Assembly: GCA_053919585.1 (NCBI GenBank)
Contig: CM132800.1
DNA: 64,000 bases
Strand: one strand, 5' to 3'
DNA from: Euprymna scolopes
Lineage: Eukaryota
The notes under the pieces are model-generated. The model was not told the origin of the DNA, did not search any database, and was given only the letters and a program-made list of their open reading frames with translations. The translations under genes and the position numbers were made by a program. Positions 37,801 through 55,800 of the stretch are shown here, in pieces. Position 1 is the first letter of the stretch; the number at the start of each line of letters is the position of its first letter.

Positions 37801-40800
37801 TTAATATAATTTCAGTGATATAAGCATATTAATATAATTTCAGTGATATAAGCATATTAATATAATGTCAGTGATATATGCATAGTAATATAATGTAAGT
37901 GATATAAGCATATAAATATAATGTCAGTGATATAAGCATAGTAATATAATTTCAGTAATATAAGCATATTAATATAATGTCAGTGATATAAGCACATTAA
38001 TATAATTTCAGTGATATAAGCATATTGATATAATTTCAGTGATATAAGCATATTAATATAATGTCAGTGATATAAGCATATTAATATAATTTCAGTGATA
38101 TAAGCATATTAATATAATATCAGTAATATTAGAATAGTAATATAATTTCAGTGATATAAGCATATAATAATAATTTCAGTGATATAAGCATATTAATATA
38201 ATATCAGTAATATTAGAATATTAATATAATTTCAGTGATATAAGCATATTAATATAATTTCAGTGATATAAGCATATTAATATAATTTCAGTGATATAAG
38301 CATATTAATATAATATCATTAATATTAGAATAGTAATATAATTTCAGTGATATAAGCACATTAATATAATTTCAATGATATAATCATATTTATATAATAT
38401 CAGTGATATAAGCATAGTAATATAATTTCAGTGCTATAAGCATATAATTATAATTTCAGTGATATAAGCATATTAATACAATATCAGTAATATTAGACCA
38501 TTAATATAATTTCAGTGGTATAAGCATATTAATATAATTTCAGTGGTATAAGCATATTAATATAATTTCAGTAATATAAGCATAGTAATATAATTTCAGT
38601 GGTATAAGCATATTAATATAATTTCAGTGGTATAAGCACATTAATATAATTTCAGTGATATAAGCATATTAATATAATTTCAGTGATATAAGCATATTAA
38701 TATAATTTCAGTGATATAAGCATATAAATATAATATCAGTGATATAAGCATATTAATATAATTTCAATGATATAAGCATATTAATATAATTTCAGTGATA
38801 TAAGCATATTAATATAATTTCAGTGGTATAAGCATATTAATATAATTTCAGTGATATAAGCATATTGATATAATTTTAGTGGTATAAGCATATTAATATA
38901 ATTTCAGTGATATAAGCATATTAATATAATTTCAGTGATATAAGCATATTAATATAATTTCAGTGATGTAAGCATATTAATATAATTTCAGTGATATAAG
39001 CATATTAATATAATTTCAGTGATATAAGCATATTAATATAATTTCAGTGATATAAGCATATTAATATAATATCAGTGATATAAGCATATTAATATAATTT
39101 CAATGATATAAGCATATTAATATAATTTCAGTGATATAAGCATATTTATATAATTTCAGTGATATAAGCATATTAATATAATTTTAGTGATATAAGCATA
39201 TTAATATAATTTCAGTGATATAAGCATATCGAAATAATTTCAGTGATAAGCATATTAATATAATTTCAGTTATATAGGCATATTAATATAATTTCAGTGA
39301 TATAAGCATATGAATATAATTTCAGTGATATAAGCATATTAATATAATTTAAGTGATATAAGCATATTAATACAATATCAGTAATATTAGAACATTAATA
39401 TAATTTCAGTGGTATAAGCATATTAATATAATTTCAGTGATATAAGCATATTAATATAATTTCAGTGATATAAGCATAGTAATATAATTTCAGTGATATA
39501 AGCATATTAATATAATTTCAGTGATATAAGCATATTAATAAAATTTCAGTGATATAAGATTAGTAATATAATTTCAGTGATATAAGCATATTAATATAAT
39601 TTCAGTGATATAAGCATATTAATATAATATCAGTAATATTAGAATAGTAATATAATTTCAGTGATATAAGCACATTAATATAATTTCAGTGATATAAGCA
39701 TATTGATATAATATCAGTGATATAAGCATAGTAATATAATTTCAGTGCTATAAGCATATTAATATAATTTCAGTGATATAAGCATAGTAATATAATTTCA
39801 GTGATATAAGCATATCGAAATAAATTTAGTGATATAAGAATATAAATATAATTTCAGTGGTATAAGCATAGTGATATAATTTCAGTGGTATAAGCATATT
39901 AATATAATTTCAGTGATATAAGCATATTAATATAATTTCAGTGATGTAAGCATAATAATATAATTTCAGTTATATAAGCATATTAATATAATTTCAGTGA
40001 TGTAAACATATTAATATAATTTTAGTGATATAAGCATATTAATATAATTTCAGTGATATAAGCATATTTATATAATTTCATTGATATAAGCATATTACTA
40101 TAATATCAGTGATATAAGCATATTAATATAATTTCAATGATATAAGCATATTAATATAATTTCAGTGATATAAGCATATTCATATAATTTCAGTGATATA
40201 AGCATATTAATATAATTTCAGTGATATAAGCATATTAATATAATTTCAGTGATATAAGCATATTAATATAATTTCAGTGATATAAGCATATCGAAATAAT
40301 TTCAGTGATAAGCATTTTAATATAATTTCAGTTATAAAGGCATATTAATATAATTTCAGTGATATAAGCATATTAATATAATTTCAGTGATATAAGCATA
40401 TTAATATAATTTCAGTGATATAAGCATATCGAAATAATTTCAGTGATAAGCATATTAATATAATTTCACTTATAAAGGCATATTAATATTATTTCAGTGA
40501 TATAAGCATATTAATATAATTTCAGTGATATAAGCACATTAATATAATTTCAGTGATATAAGCATATTAATATAATTTCAGTGATAAGCATATTAATATA
40601 ATTTCAGTGATATAAGCATATTTATATAATTACAGTGATATAAGCATATCGAAATAATTTCAGTGATAAGCAAAATTATATAATTTCAGTTATATAAGCA
40701 TATTAATATAATTTCAGTGATATAAGCATATTAATATAATTTCAGTGGTATCAGCATATTAATATAATTTCAGTGATATAAGCATATTAATATAATTTCA

Positions 40801-43800
40801 GTGATATAAGCATATTAACATAATTTCAGTGATATAAGCATATTAATATAACTTCATTGAAAAGCATATTAATAAAATTTAAGTGATATAAGCATATCGA
40901 AATAATTTCAGTGATATAAGCATATTAATATAATTTCAGTGATATAAGCATATCGAAATAATTTCAGTGATATAAACATATTAATATAATTTCAGTGATA
41001 TAAGCATATTAATATAATAGCAGTAATATTAGAATAGTAATATAATTTCCGTGATATAAGCACATTAATATAATTTCAGTGATATAAGCATATTGATATA
41101 ATATCAATGATATAAGCATATTAATATAATGTCAGTGATATAAGCATATTTATATAATTTCAGTGATATAAGCATATTAATATAATTTCAGTGATATAAG
41201 CATAGTAATATAATTTCAGTGATATAAGCATATCGAAATAATTTCAGTGATATAAGCATATTAATATAATTTCAATGATATAAGCATATTAATATAATTT
41301 CAGGGATATAAGTATACTAATATAAGTTCAGTTATATAAGCATATCGAAATAATTTCAGTGATAAGCATATTAATATAATTTCAGTGATATAAGCATATT
41401 AATATAATTTCAGTTATATAAGCATATTAATATAATTTCAGTGGTATAACCATATTAATATAATTTCATTGATATAAGCATATTAATATAATTTCAGTGA
41501 TATAAGCATATTAATATAATTTCAGTGATATAAGCATATCGAAATAATTTCAGTGATAAGCATATTAATATAATTTCACTTATAAAGGCATATTAATATT
41601 ATTTCAGTGATATAAGCATATTAATATAATTTCAGTGATATAAGCACATTAATATAATTTCAGTGATATAAGCATATTAATATAATTTCAGTGATAAGCA
41701 TATTAATATAATTTCAGTGATATAAGCATATTTATATAATTACAGTGATATAAGCATATCGAAATAATTTCAGTGATAAGCAAAATTATATAATTTCAGT
41801 TATATAAGCATATTAATATAATTTCAGTGATATAAGCATATTAATATAATTTCAGTGGTATCAGCATATTAATATAATTTCAGTGATATAAGCATATTAA
41901 TATAATTTCAGTGATATAAGCATATTAACATAATTTCAGTGATATAAGCATATTAATATAACTTCATTGAAAAGCATATTAATAAAATTTAAGTGATATA
42001 AGCATATCGAAATAATTTCAGTGATATAAGCATATTAATATAATTTCAGTGATATAAGCATATCGAAATAATTTCAGTGATATAAACATATTAATATAAT
42101 TTCAGTGATATAAGCATATTAATATAATAGCAGTAATATTAGAATAGTAATACAATTTCCGTGATATAAGCACATTAATATAATTTCAGTGATATAAGCA
42201 TATTGATATAATATCAATGATATAAGCATATTAATATAATGTCAGTGATATAAGCATATTTATATAATTTCAGTGATATAAGCATATTAATATAATTTCA
42301 GTGATATAAGCATAGTAATATAATTTCAGTGATATAAGCATATCGAAATAATTTCAGTGATATAAGCATATTAATATAATTTCAATGATATAAGCATATT
42401 AATATAATTTCAGGGATATAAGTATACTAATATAAGTTCAGTTATATAAGCATATCGAAATAATTTCAGTGATAAGCATATTAATATAATTTCAGTGATA
42501 TAAGCATATTAATATAATTTCAGTTATATAAGCATATTAAAATAATTTCAGTGGTATAACCATATTAATATAATTTCATTGATATAAGCATATTAATATA
42601 ATTTCAGTGATATAAGCATATTAATATAATTTCAGTGATATAAGCATATCGAAATAATTTCAGTGATATAAGCATAGTAATATAATTTCAGTGATATAAT
42701 CATATTAATATAATTTAAGTGATATAAGCATATTAATATAATTTCAGTGATATAAGCATATTAATATAATTTCAATGATATAAGCATATTAATATAATTT
42801 CAGTGATATAATCATATCAATATAATTTCAGTGATATAAGCATATTAATATAATAGCAGTAATATTAGAATAGTAATATAATTTCCGTGATATAAGCACA
42901 TTAATATAATTTCAGTGATATAAGCATATTGATATAATATCAATGATATAAGCATATTAATATAATGTCAGTGATATAAGCATATTAATATAATTTCAGT
43001 GATATAAGCATATTAATATAATTTCAGTGATATAAGCATAGTAATATAATTTCAGTGATATAAGCATATCGAAATAATTTCAGTGATATAAGCATATTAA
43101 TATAATTTCAATGATATAAGCATATTAATATAATTTCAGTGATATAAACATATCGACATAATTTCAGTGATATAGGCACATTAATATAATTTCAGTGATA
43201 TAAGCATATTAATATAATTTCAGTGATATAAGCATAGTAATATAATATCAGTGATATAAGCATATCGAAATAATTTCAGTGATATAGACATATTAATATA
43301 ATTTCAGTGATATAAGCATATTAATATAATATCAGTAATATTAGAATAGTAATATAATTTCAGTGATATAAGCACATTAATATAAATTCAGTGATATAAG
43401 CATATTAATATAATATCAGTAATATTAGAATAGTAATATAATTTCAGTGATATAAGCATATTAATATAATGTCAGTGATATAAGCATATTAATATAATGT
43501 CAGTGATATAAGCATATTAATATAATTTCAGTGATATAAGCATATTAATATAATGTCAGTGATATACGCATAGTAATATAATGTCAGTGATATAAGCATA
43601 TTAATATAATTTCCGTGATATAAGCATATTAATATAATTTCAGTGATATTAGCATATCGAAATAATTTCAGTGATATAAGCATAGTAATATAATTTCAGT
43701 GATATAATCATATTAATATAATTTTAGTGATATAAGCATATTAATATAATTTCAGTGATATAAGCATATTAATATAATTTCAGTGATATAAGCATATTAA

Positions 43801-46800
43801 TATAATTTCAGTGATATAATCATATCAATATAATTTCAGTGATATAAGCATATTAATATAATGTCAGTGATATACGCATAGTAATATAATGTCAGAGATA
43901 TAAGCATATTAATATAATGTCAGTGATATAAGCATATTAATATAATATCAGTGATATAAACATATTAATATAATGTCAGTGATATAAGCACATTAATATA
44001 ATTTCAGTGATATAAGCATATTAATATAATTTCAGTGATAAAAGCATATTAATATAATGTCAGTGATATAAGCATATTAATATAATTTCAGTGATATAAG
44101 CATATTAATTTAATGTCAGTGATATTAGCATAGTAATATAATTTCACTGATATAAGCATATTAATATAATTTCAGTGATATAAGCATATTAATATAATTT
44201 CAGTGATATAAGCATATTAATATAATTTCACTGATATAAGCATATTAATATAATTTCAGTGATATAAGCATAGTAATATAATTCCAGTGATATAAGCATA
44301 TTAATATAATTTCAGTGATATAAGCATATTAATATAATTTCAGTGATATAAGCATACTAATATAATATCAGTAATATTAGAATAGTAATATAATTTTAGT
44401 GATATATGCACATAATTATAATTTCAGTGATATAAGCATATTAATATAATTTCAGTGATATAAGAATATTAATATAATTTCAGTGATATAAGCATATTAA
44501 TATAATTTCAGTGATATAAACATATTAATATAATTTCAGTGATATAAGCATATTAATATAATTTCAGTGATATAAGCATATTAAGAAAATTTCAGTGATA
44601 TAAGCATATTAATATCATTTCAGTGGTATAAGCATATTAATATAATTTCAGTGATATAAGCATATTCATATAATTTCAGTGATATAAGCATATTAATATA
44701 ATTTCAGTGATAAAGCATATTAATATAATTTCAGTGATATAAGCATATTAATATAATTTCAGTGATATAAGCATATCGAAATAATTTCAGTGATAAGCAT
44801 ATTAATATAATTTCAGTTATAAAGGCATATTAATATAATTTCAGTGATATAAGCATATTAATATAATTTCAGTGATATAAGCATATTAATATAATTTCAG
44901 TGATATAAGCATATCGAAATAATTTCAGTGATAAGCATATTAATATAATTTCACTTATAAAGGCATATTAATATTATTTCAGTGATATAAGCATATTAAT
45001 ATAATTTCAGTGATATAAGCACATTAATATAATTTCAGTGATATAAGCATATTAATATAATTTCAGTGATAAGCATATTAATATAATTTCAGTGATATAA
45101 GCATATTAATATAATTACAGTGATATAAGCATATCGAAATAATTTCAGTGATAAGCATATTAATATAATTTCAGTTATATAAGCATATTAATATAATTTC
45201 AGTGATATAAGCATATTAATATAATTTCAGTGGTATCAGCATATTAATACAATTTCAGTGATATAAGCATATTAATATAATTTCAGTGATATAAGCATAT
45301 TAACTTAATTTCAGTGATATAAGCATATTAATATAACTTCATTGAAAAGCATATTAATATAATTTCAGTGATATAAGCATATCGAAATAATTTCAGTGAT
45401 ATAAGCATATTAATATAATTTCAGTGATAGAAGCATATTAATATAATAACAGTAATATTAGAATAGTAATATAATTTCCGTGATATAAGCACATTCATAT
45501 AATTTCAGTGTTATAAGCATATTGATATAATATCAATGATATAAGCATATTAATATAATGTCAGTGATATAAGCATATTAATATAATTTCAGTGATATAA
45601 GCATATTAATATAATTTCAGTGATATAAGCATAGTAATATAATTTCAGTGATATAAGCATATCGAAATAATTTCAGTGATATAAGCATATTAATATAATT
45701 TCAATGATATAAGCATATTAATATAATTTCAGTGATATAAGCATATTAATATAATTTCAGTGATATAAACATATTAATATAATTTCAGTGATATAAGCAT
45801 ATTAATATAATTTCAGTGATATAAGCATATTAAGAAAATTTCAGTGATATAAGCATATTAATATCATTTCAGTGGTATAAGCATATTAATATAATTTCAG
45901 TGATATAAGCATATTCATATAATTTCAGTGATATAAGCATATTAATATAATTTCAGTGATATAAGCATATAAATATAATTTCAGTGATATAAGCATATTA
46001 ATATAATTTCAGAAATATAAGCATATCGAAATAATTTCAGTGATAAGCATATTAATATAATTTCAGTTATAAAGGCATATTAATATAATTTCAGTGATAT
46101 AAGCATATTAATATAATTTCAGTGATATAAGCATATTAATATAATTTCAGTGATATAAGCATATCGAAATAATTTCAGTGATAAGCATATTAATATAATT
46201 TCAGTGATATAAGCATATTAATATAATTACAGTGGTATAAGCATATCGAAATAATTTCAGTGATAAGCATATTAATATAATTTCAGTTATATAAGCATAT
46301 TAATATAATTTCAGTGATATAAGCATATTAATATAATTTCAGTGGTATCAGCATATAAATATAATTTCAGTGATATAAGCATATTAATATAATTTCAGTG
46401 ATATAAGCATATTAACATAATTTCAGTGATATAAGCATATAATTATAACTTCATTGAAAAGCATATTAATAAAATTTCAGTGATATAAGCATATCGAAAT
46501 AATTTCAGTGATATAAGCATATTAATATAATTTCAGTGATATAAGCATATTAATATAATTTCAGTGGTATAAGCATATCGAAATAATTTCAGTGATATAA
46601 ACATATTAATATAATTTCAGTGATATAAGCATATTAATATAATAGCAGTAATATTAGAATAGTAATATAATTTCCGTGATATAAGCACATTAATATAGTT
46701 TCAGTGATATAAGCATATTGATATAATATCAATGATATAAGCATATTAATATAATGTCAGTGATATAAGCATATTAATATAATTTCAGTGATATAAGCAT

Positions 46801-49800
46801 ATTAATATAATTTCAGTGATATAAACATAGTAATATAATTTCAGTGATATAAGCATATCGAAATATTTTCAGTGATATAAGCATATTAATATAATTTCAA
46901 TGATATAAGCATATTAATGTAATTTCAGTGATATAAGCATATCGACATAATTTCAGTGATATAAGCACATTAATATAATTTCAGTGATATAAGCATATTA
47001 ATATAATTTCAGTGATATAAGAATAGTAATATAATTTCAGTGATATAAGCATATCGAAATAATTTCAGTGATATAGATATATTAATATAATTTTAGTGAT
47101 ATAAGCATATTAATATAATATCAGTAATATTAGAATGGTAATGTAATTTCAGTGATATAAGCATATAATAATAATTTCAGTGATATAAGCATATTAATAC
47201 AATATCAGTAATATTAGAATATTAATATAATTTCAGTGATATAAGCATATTAATATAATTTCAGTGATATAAGCATATTAATATAATTTCAGTGATATAA
47301 GCATATTAATATAATATCAGTAATATTAGAATAGTAATATAATTTCAGTGATATAAGCACATTAATATAATTTCAATGATATAAGCATATTGATATAATA
47401 TCAGTGATATAAGCATAGTAATATAATTTCAGTGCTATAAGCATATAATTATAATTTCAGTGATATAAGCATATTAATACAATATCAGTAATATTAGACC
47501 ATTAATATAATTTCAGTGGTATAAGCATATTAATATAATTTCAGTGGTATAAGCATATTAATATAATTTCAGTAATATAAGCATAGTAATATAATTTCAG
47601 TGGTATAAGCATATTAATATGATTTCAGTGGTATAAGCACATTAATATAATTTCAGTGATATAAGCATATTAATATAATTTCAGTGATATAAGCATATTA
47701 ATATAATTTCAGTGATATAAGCATATAAATATAATATCAGTGATATAAGCATATTAATATAATTTCAATGATATAAGCATATTAATATAATTTCAGTGAT
47801 ATAAGCATATTAATATAATTTCAGTGGTATAAGCATATTTATATAATTTCAGTGATATAAGCATATTGATATAATTTTAGTGGTATAAGCATATTAATAT
47901 AATTTCAGTGATATAAGCATATTAATATAATTTCAGTGATATAAGCATATTAATATAATTTCAGTGATGTAAGCATATTAATATAATTTCAGTGATATAA
48001 GCATATTAATATAATTTCAGTGATATAAGCATATTAATATAATTTCAGTGATATAAGCATATTAATATAATATCAGTGATATAAGCATATTAATATAATT
48101 TCAATGATATAAGCATATTAATATAATTTCAGTGATATAAGCATATTAATATAATTTCAGTGATATAAGCATATTAATATAATTTTAGTGATATAAGCAT
48201 ATTAATATAATTTCAGTGATATAAGCATATCGAAATAATTTCAGTGATAAGCATATTAATATAATTTCAGTTATATAGGCATATTAATATAATTTCAGTG
48301 ATATAAGCATATGAATATAATTTCAGTGATATAAGCATATTAATATAATTTAAGTGATATAAGCATATTAATACAATATCAGTAATATTAGAACATTAAT
48401 ATAATTTCAGTGGTATAAGCATATTAATATAAGTTCAGTGATATAAGCATATTAATATAATTTCAGTGATATAAGCATAGTAATATAATTTCAGTGATAT
48501 AAGCATATTAATATAATTTCAGTGATATAAGCATATTAATAAAATTTCAGTGATATAAGATTAGTAATATAATTTCAGTGATATAAGCATATTAATATAA
48601 TTTCAGTGATATAAGCATATTAATATAATATCAGTAATATTAGAATAGTAATATAATTTCAGTGATATAAGCACATTAATATAATTTCAGTGATATAAGC
48701 ATATTGATATAATATCAGTGATATAAGCATAGTAATATAATTTCAGTGCTATAAGCATATTAATATAATTTCAGTGATATAAGCATAGTAATATAATTTC
48801 AGTGATATAAGCATATCGAAATAAATTTAGTGATATAAGAATATAAATATAATTTCAGTGGTATAAGCATAGTAATATAATTTCAGTGGTATAAGCATAT
48901 TAATATAATTTCAGTGATATAAGCATAGTAATATAATTTCAGGGGTATAAGCATATTAATATAATTTCAGTGATATAAGCATATTAATATAATTTCAGTG
49001 ATATAAGCATATTAATATAATTTTAGTGGTATAAGCATATTAATATAATTTCAGTGATATAAGCATATTAATATAATTTCAGTGATATAAGCATATTAAT
49101 ATAATTTCAGTGATGTAAGCATATTAATATAATTTCAGTGATATAAGCATATTAATATAATTTCAGTGATGTAAGCATATTAATATAATTTTAGTGATAT
49201 AAGCATATTAATATAATTTCAGTGATATAAGCATATTTATATAATTTCAGTGATATAAGCATATTAATATAATTCCAGTGATATAAGCATATTAATATAA
49301 TTTCAGTGATATAAGCATATTAATATAATTTCAGTGATATAAGCATATTACTATAATATCAGTGATATAAGCATATTAATATAATTTCAATGATATAAGC
49401 ATATTAATATAATTTCAGTGATATAAGCATATTCATATAATTTCAGTGATATAAGCATATTAATATAATTTCAGTGATATAAGCATATTAATATAATTTC
49501 AGTGATATAAGCATATTAATATAATTTCAGTGATATAAGCATATCGAAATAATTTCAGTGATAAGCATTTTAATATAATTTCAGTTATAAAGGCATATTA
49601 ATATAATTTCAGTTATATAAGCATATTAATATAATTTCAGTGATATAAGCATATTAATATAATTTCAGTGATATAAGCATATCGAAATAATTTCAGTGAT
49701 AAGCATATTAATATAATTTCACTTATAAAGGCATATTAATATTATTTCAGTGATATAAGCATATTAATATAATTTCAGTGATATAAGCACATTAATATAA

Positions 49801-52800
49801 TTTCAGTGATATAAGCATATTAATATAATTTCAGTGATAAGCATATTAATATAATTTCAGTGATATAAGCATATTAATATAATTACAGTGATATAAGCAT
49901 ATCGAAATAATTTCAGTGATAAGCATATTAATATAATTTCAGTTATATAAGCATATTAATATAATTTCAGTGATATAAGCATATTAATATAATTTCAGTG
50001 GTATCAGCATATTAATATAATTTCAGTGATATAAGCATATTAATATAATTTCAGTGATATAAGCATATTAACATAATTTCAGTGATATAAGCATATTAAT
50101 ATAACTTCATTGAAAAGCATATTAATAAAATTTAAGTGATATAAGCATATCGAAATAATTTCAGTGATATAAGCATATTAATATAATTTCAGTGATATAA
50201 GCATATTTATATAATTTCAGTGATATAAGCATATTAATATAATTCCAGTGATATAAGCATATTAATATAATTTCAGTGATATAAGCATATTAATATAATT
50301 TCAGTGATATAAGCATATTACTATAATATCAGTGATATAAGCATATTAATATAATTTCAATGATATAAGCATATTAATATAATTTCAGTGATATAAGCAT
50401 ATTCATATAATTTCAGTGATATAAGCATATTAATATAATTTCAGTGATATAAGCATATTAATATAATTTCAGTGATATAAGCATATTAATATAATTTCAG
50501 TGATATAAGCATATCGAAATAATTTCAGTGATAAGCATTTTAATATAATTTCAGTTATAAAGGCATATTAATATAATTTCAGTTATATAAGCATATTAAT
50601 ATAATTTCAGTGATATAATCATATTAATATAATTTCAGTGATATAAGCATATCGAAATAATTTCAGTGATAAGCATATTAATATAATTTCACTTATAAAG
50701 GCATATTAATATTATTTCAGTGATATAAGCATATTAATATAATTTCAGTGATATAAGCACATTAATATAATTTCAGTGATATAAGCATATTAATATAATT
50801 TCAGTGATAAGCATATTAATATAATTTCAGTGATATAAGCATATTAATATAATTACAGTGATATAAGCATATCGAAATAATTTCAGTGATATAAGCATAT
50901 TAATATAATTTCAGTTATATAAGCATATTAATATAATTTCAGTGATATAAGCATATTAATATAATTTCAGTGGTATCAGCATATTAATATAATTTCAGTG
51001 ATATAAGCATATTAATATAATTTCAGTGATATAAGCATATTAACATAATTTCAGTGATATAAGCATATTAATATAACTTCATTGAAAAGCATATTAATAA
51101 AATTTAAGTGATATAAGCATATCGAAATAATTTCAGTGATATAAGCATATTAATATAATTTCAGTGATATAAGCATATTTATATAATTTCAGTGATATAA
51201 GCATATTAATATAATTCCAGTGATATAAGCATATTAATATAATTTCAGTGATATAAGCATATTAATATAATTTCAGTGATATAAGCATATTACTATAATA
51301 TCAGTGATATAAGCATATTAATATAATTTCAATGATATAAGCATATTAATATAATTTCAGTGATATAAGCATATTCATATAATTTCAGTGATATAAGCAT
51401 ATTAATATAATTTCAGTGATATAAGCATATTAATATAATTTCAGTGATATAAGCATATTTATATAATTTCAGTGATATAAGCATATCGAAATAATTTCAG
51501 TGATAAGCATTTTAATATAATTTCAGTTATAAAGGCATATTAATATAATTTCAGTTATATAAGCATATTAATATAATTTCAGTGATATAAGCATATGAAT
51601 ATAATTTCAGTGATATAAGCATATCGAAATAATTTCAGTGATAAGCATATTAATATAATTTCACTTATAAAGGCATATTAATATTATTTCAGTGATATAA
51701 GCATATTAATATAATTTCAGTGATATAAGCACATTAATATAATTTCAGTGATATAAGCATATTAATATAATTTCAGTGATAAGCATATTAATATAATTTC
51801 AGTGATATAAGCATATTAATATAATTACAGTGATATAAGCATATCGAAATAATTTCAGTGATATAAGCATATTAATATAATTTCAGTTATATAAGCATAT
51901 TAATATAATTTCAGTGATATAAGCATATTAATATAATTTCAGTGGTATCAGCATATTAATATAATTACAGTGATATAAGCATATTAATATAATTTCAGTG
52001 ATATAAGCATATTAACATAATTTCAGTGATATAAGCATATTAATATAACTTCATTGAAAAGCATATTAATAAAATTTAAGTGATATAAGCATATCGAAAT
52101 AATTTCAGTGATATAAGCATATTAATATAATTTCAGTTATATAAGCATATCAAAATAATTTCAGTGATATAAACATATTAATATAATTTCAGTGATATAC
52201 GCATATTAATATAATAGCAGTAATATTAGAATAGTAATATAATTTCCGTGATATAAGCACATTAATATAATTTCAGTGATATAAGCATATTGATATAATA
52301 TCAATGATATAAGCATATTAATATAATGTCAGTGATATAAGCATATTTATATAATTTCAGTGATATAAGCATATTAATATAATTTCAGTGATATAAGCAT
52401 AGTAATATAATTTCAGTGATATAAGCATATCGAAATAATTTCAGTGATATAAGCATATTAATATGATTTCAATGATAAAAGCATATTAATATAATTTCAG
52501 GGATATAAGTATATTAATATAATTTCAGTTATATAAGCATATCGAAATAATATCAGTGATAAGCATATTAATATAATTTCAGTGATATAAGCATATTAAT
52601 ATAATTTCAGTTATATAAGCATATTAATATAATTTCAGTGGTATAAGCATATTAATATAATTTCATTGATATAAGCATATTAATATAATTTCAGTGATAT
52701 AAGCATATTAATATAATTTCAGTGATATAAGAATATCGAAATAATTTCAGTGATATAAGCATAGTAATATAATTTCAGTGATATAATCATATTAATATAA

Positions 52801-55800
52801 TTTTAGTGATATAAGCATATTAATATAATTTCAGTGATATTAGCATATTAATATAATTTCAGTGATATAAGCATATTAATATAATTTCAGTGATATAATC
52901 ATATCAATATAATTTCAGTGATATAAGCATATTAATATAATAGCAGTAATATTAGAATAGTAATATAATTTCCGTGATATAAGCACATTAATATAATTTC
53001 AGTGATATAAGCATATTGATATAATATCAATGATATAAGCATATTAATACAATGTCAGTGATATAAGCATATTAATATAATTTCAGTGATATAAGCATAT
53101 TAATATAATTTCAGTGATATAAGCATAGTAATATAATTTCAGTGATATAAGCATATCGAAATAATTTCAGTGATATAAGCATATTAATATAATTTCAATG
53201 ATATAAGCATATTAATATAATATCAGTAATATTAGAATAGTAATATAATTTCAGTGATATAAGCACATTAATATAAATTCAGTGATATAAGCATATTAAT
53301 ATAATATCAGTAATATTAGAATAGTAATATAATTTCAGTGATATAAGCATATTAATATAATGTCAGTGATATAAGCATATTAATATAATGTCAGTGATAT
53401 AAGCATATTAATATAATTTCAGTGATATAAGCATATTAATATAATGTCAGTGATATACGCATAGTAATATAATGTCAGTGATATAAGCATATTATTATAA
53501 TGTCAGTGATATAAGCATAGTAATATAATTTCAGTGATATAAACATATTAATATAATGTCAGTGATATAAGCACATTAATATAATTTCAGTGATATAAGC
53601 ATATTAATATAATTTCAGTGATATAAGCATATTAATATAATGTCAGTGATATAAGCATATTAATATAATTTCAGTGATATAAGCATATTAATTTAATGTC
53701 AGTGATATAAGCATAGTAATATAATTTCACTGATATAAGCACATTAATATAATTTCAGTGATATAAGCATTTTAATATAATTTCAGTGATATAAGCATAT
53801 TAATATAATTTCACTGATATAAGCATATAATTATAATTTCAGTGATATAAGCGTAGTAATATAATTCCAGTGATATAAGCATATTAATATAATGTCAGTG
53901 ATATAAGCATATTAATATAATTTCAGTGATATAAGCATACTAATATAATATCAGTAATATTAGAATAGTAATATAATTTTAGTGATATAAGCACATAATT
54001 ATAATTTCAGTGATATAAGCATATTAATATAATTTCAGTGATATAAGAATATAAATATAATTTCAGTGATATAAGCATATTAATATAATTTCAGTGATAT
54101 AAACATATTAATATAATTTCAGTGATATAAGCATATTAATATAATTTCAGTGATATAAGCATATTAAGAAAATTTCAGTGATATAAGCATATTAATATCA
54201 TTTCAGTGGTATAAGCATATTAATATAATTTCAGTGATATAAGCATATTAATATAATTTCAGTGATATAAGCATATTAATATAATTTCAGTGATATAAGC
54301 ATATTAATATAATTTCAGTGATATAAGTATATTAATATAATTTCAGTGATATAAGCATATCGAAATAATTTCAGTGATAAGGATACTAATATAATTTCAG
54401 TTATAAAGGCATATTAATATAATTTCAGTGATATAAGCATATTAATATAATTTCAGTGATATAAGCATATTAATATAATTTAAGTGATATAAGCATATCG
54501 AAATAATTTCAGTGATAAGCATATTTATATGATTTCACTTATAAAGGCATATTAATATTATTTCAGTGATATAAGCATATTAATATAATTTCAGTGATAT
54601 AAGCACATTAATATAATTTCAGTGATATAAGCATATTAATATAATTTCAGTGATAAGCATATTAATATAATTTCAGTGATATAAGCATATTAATATAATT
54701 ACAGTGATATAAGCATATCGAAATAATTTCAGTAATAAGCATATTAATATAATTTCAGTTATATAAGCATATTAATATAATTTCAGTGATATAAGCATAT
54801 TAATATTATTTCAGTGGTATCAGCATATTAATATAATTTCAGTGATATAAGCATATTAATATAATTTCAGTGATATAAGCATATTAACATAATTTCAGTG
54901 ATATAAGCATATTAATATAACTTTATTGAAAAGCATATTAATAAAATTTCAGTGATATAAGCATATCGAAATAATTTCAGTGATATAAGCATATTAATAT
55001 AATTTCAGTGATATAAGCATATTAATATAATTTCAGTGATATAAGCATATCGAAATAATTTCAGTGATATAAACATATTAATATAATTTCAGTGATATAA
55101 GCATATTAATATAATAGCAGTAATATTAGAATAGTAATATAATTTCCGTGATATAAGCACATTAATATAATTTCAGTGATATAAGCATATTGATATAATA
55201 TCAATGATATAAGCATATTAATATAATGTCAGTGATATAAGCATATTAATATAATTTCAGTGATATAAGCATATTAATATAATTTCAGTGATATAAGCAT
55301 AGTAATATAATTTCAGTGATATAAGCATATCGAAATAATTTCAGTGATATAAGCATATTAATATAATTTCAATGATATAAGCATAGTAATATAATTTCAG
55401 TGATATAAACATATCGACATAATTTCAGTGATATAAGCACATTAATATAATTTCAGTGATATAAGCATATTAATATAATTTCAGTGATATAAGCATAGTA
55501 ATATAATTTCAGTGATATAAGCATGTCGAAATAATTTCAGTGATATAAACATATAAATATAATTTCAGTGATATAAGCATATTAATATAATATCAGTAAT
55601 ATTAGAATAGTAATATAATTTCAGTGATATAAGCACATTAATATAAATTCAGTGATATAAGCATATTAATATAATATCAGTAATATTAGAATAGTAATAT
55701 AATTTCAGTGATATAAGCATATTAATATAATGTCAGTGATATAAGCATATTAATATAATGTCAGTGATATAAGCATATTCATATAATTTCAGTGATGTAA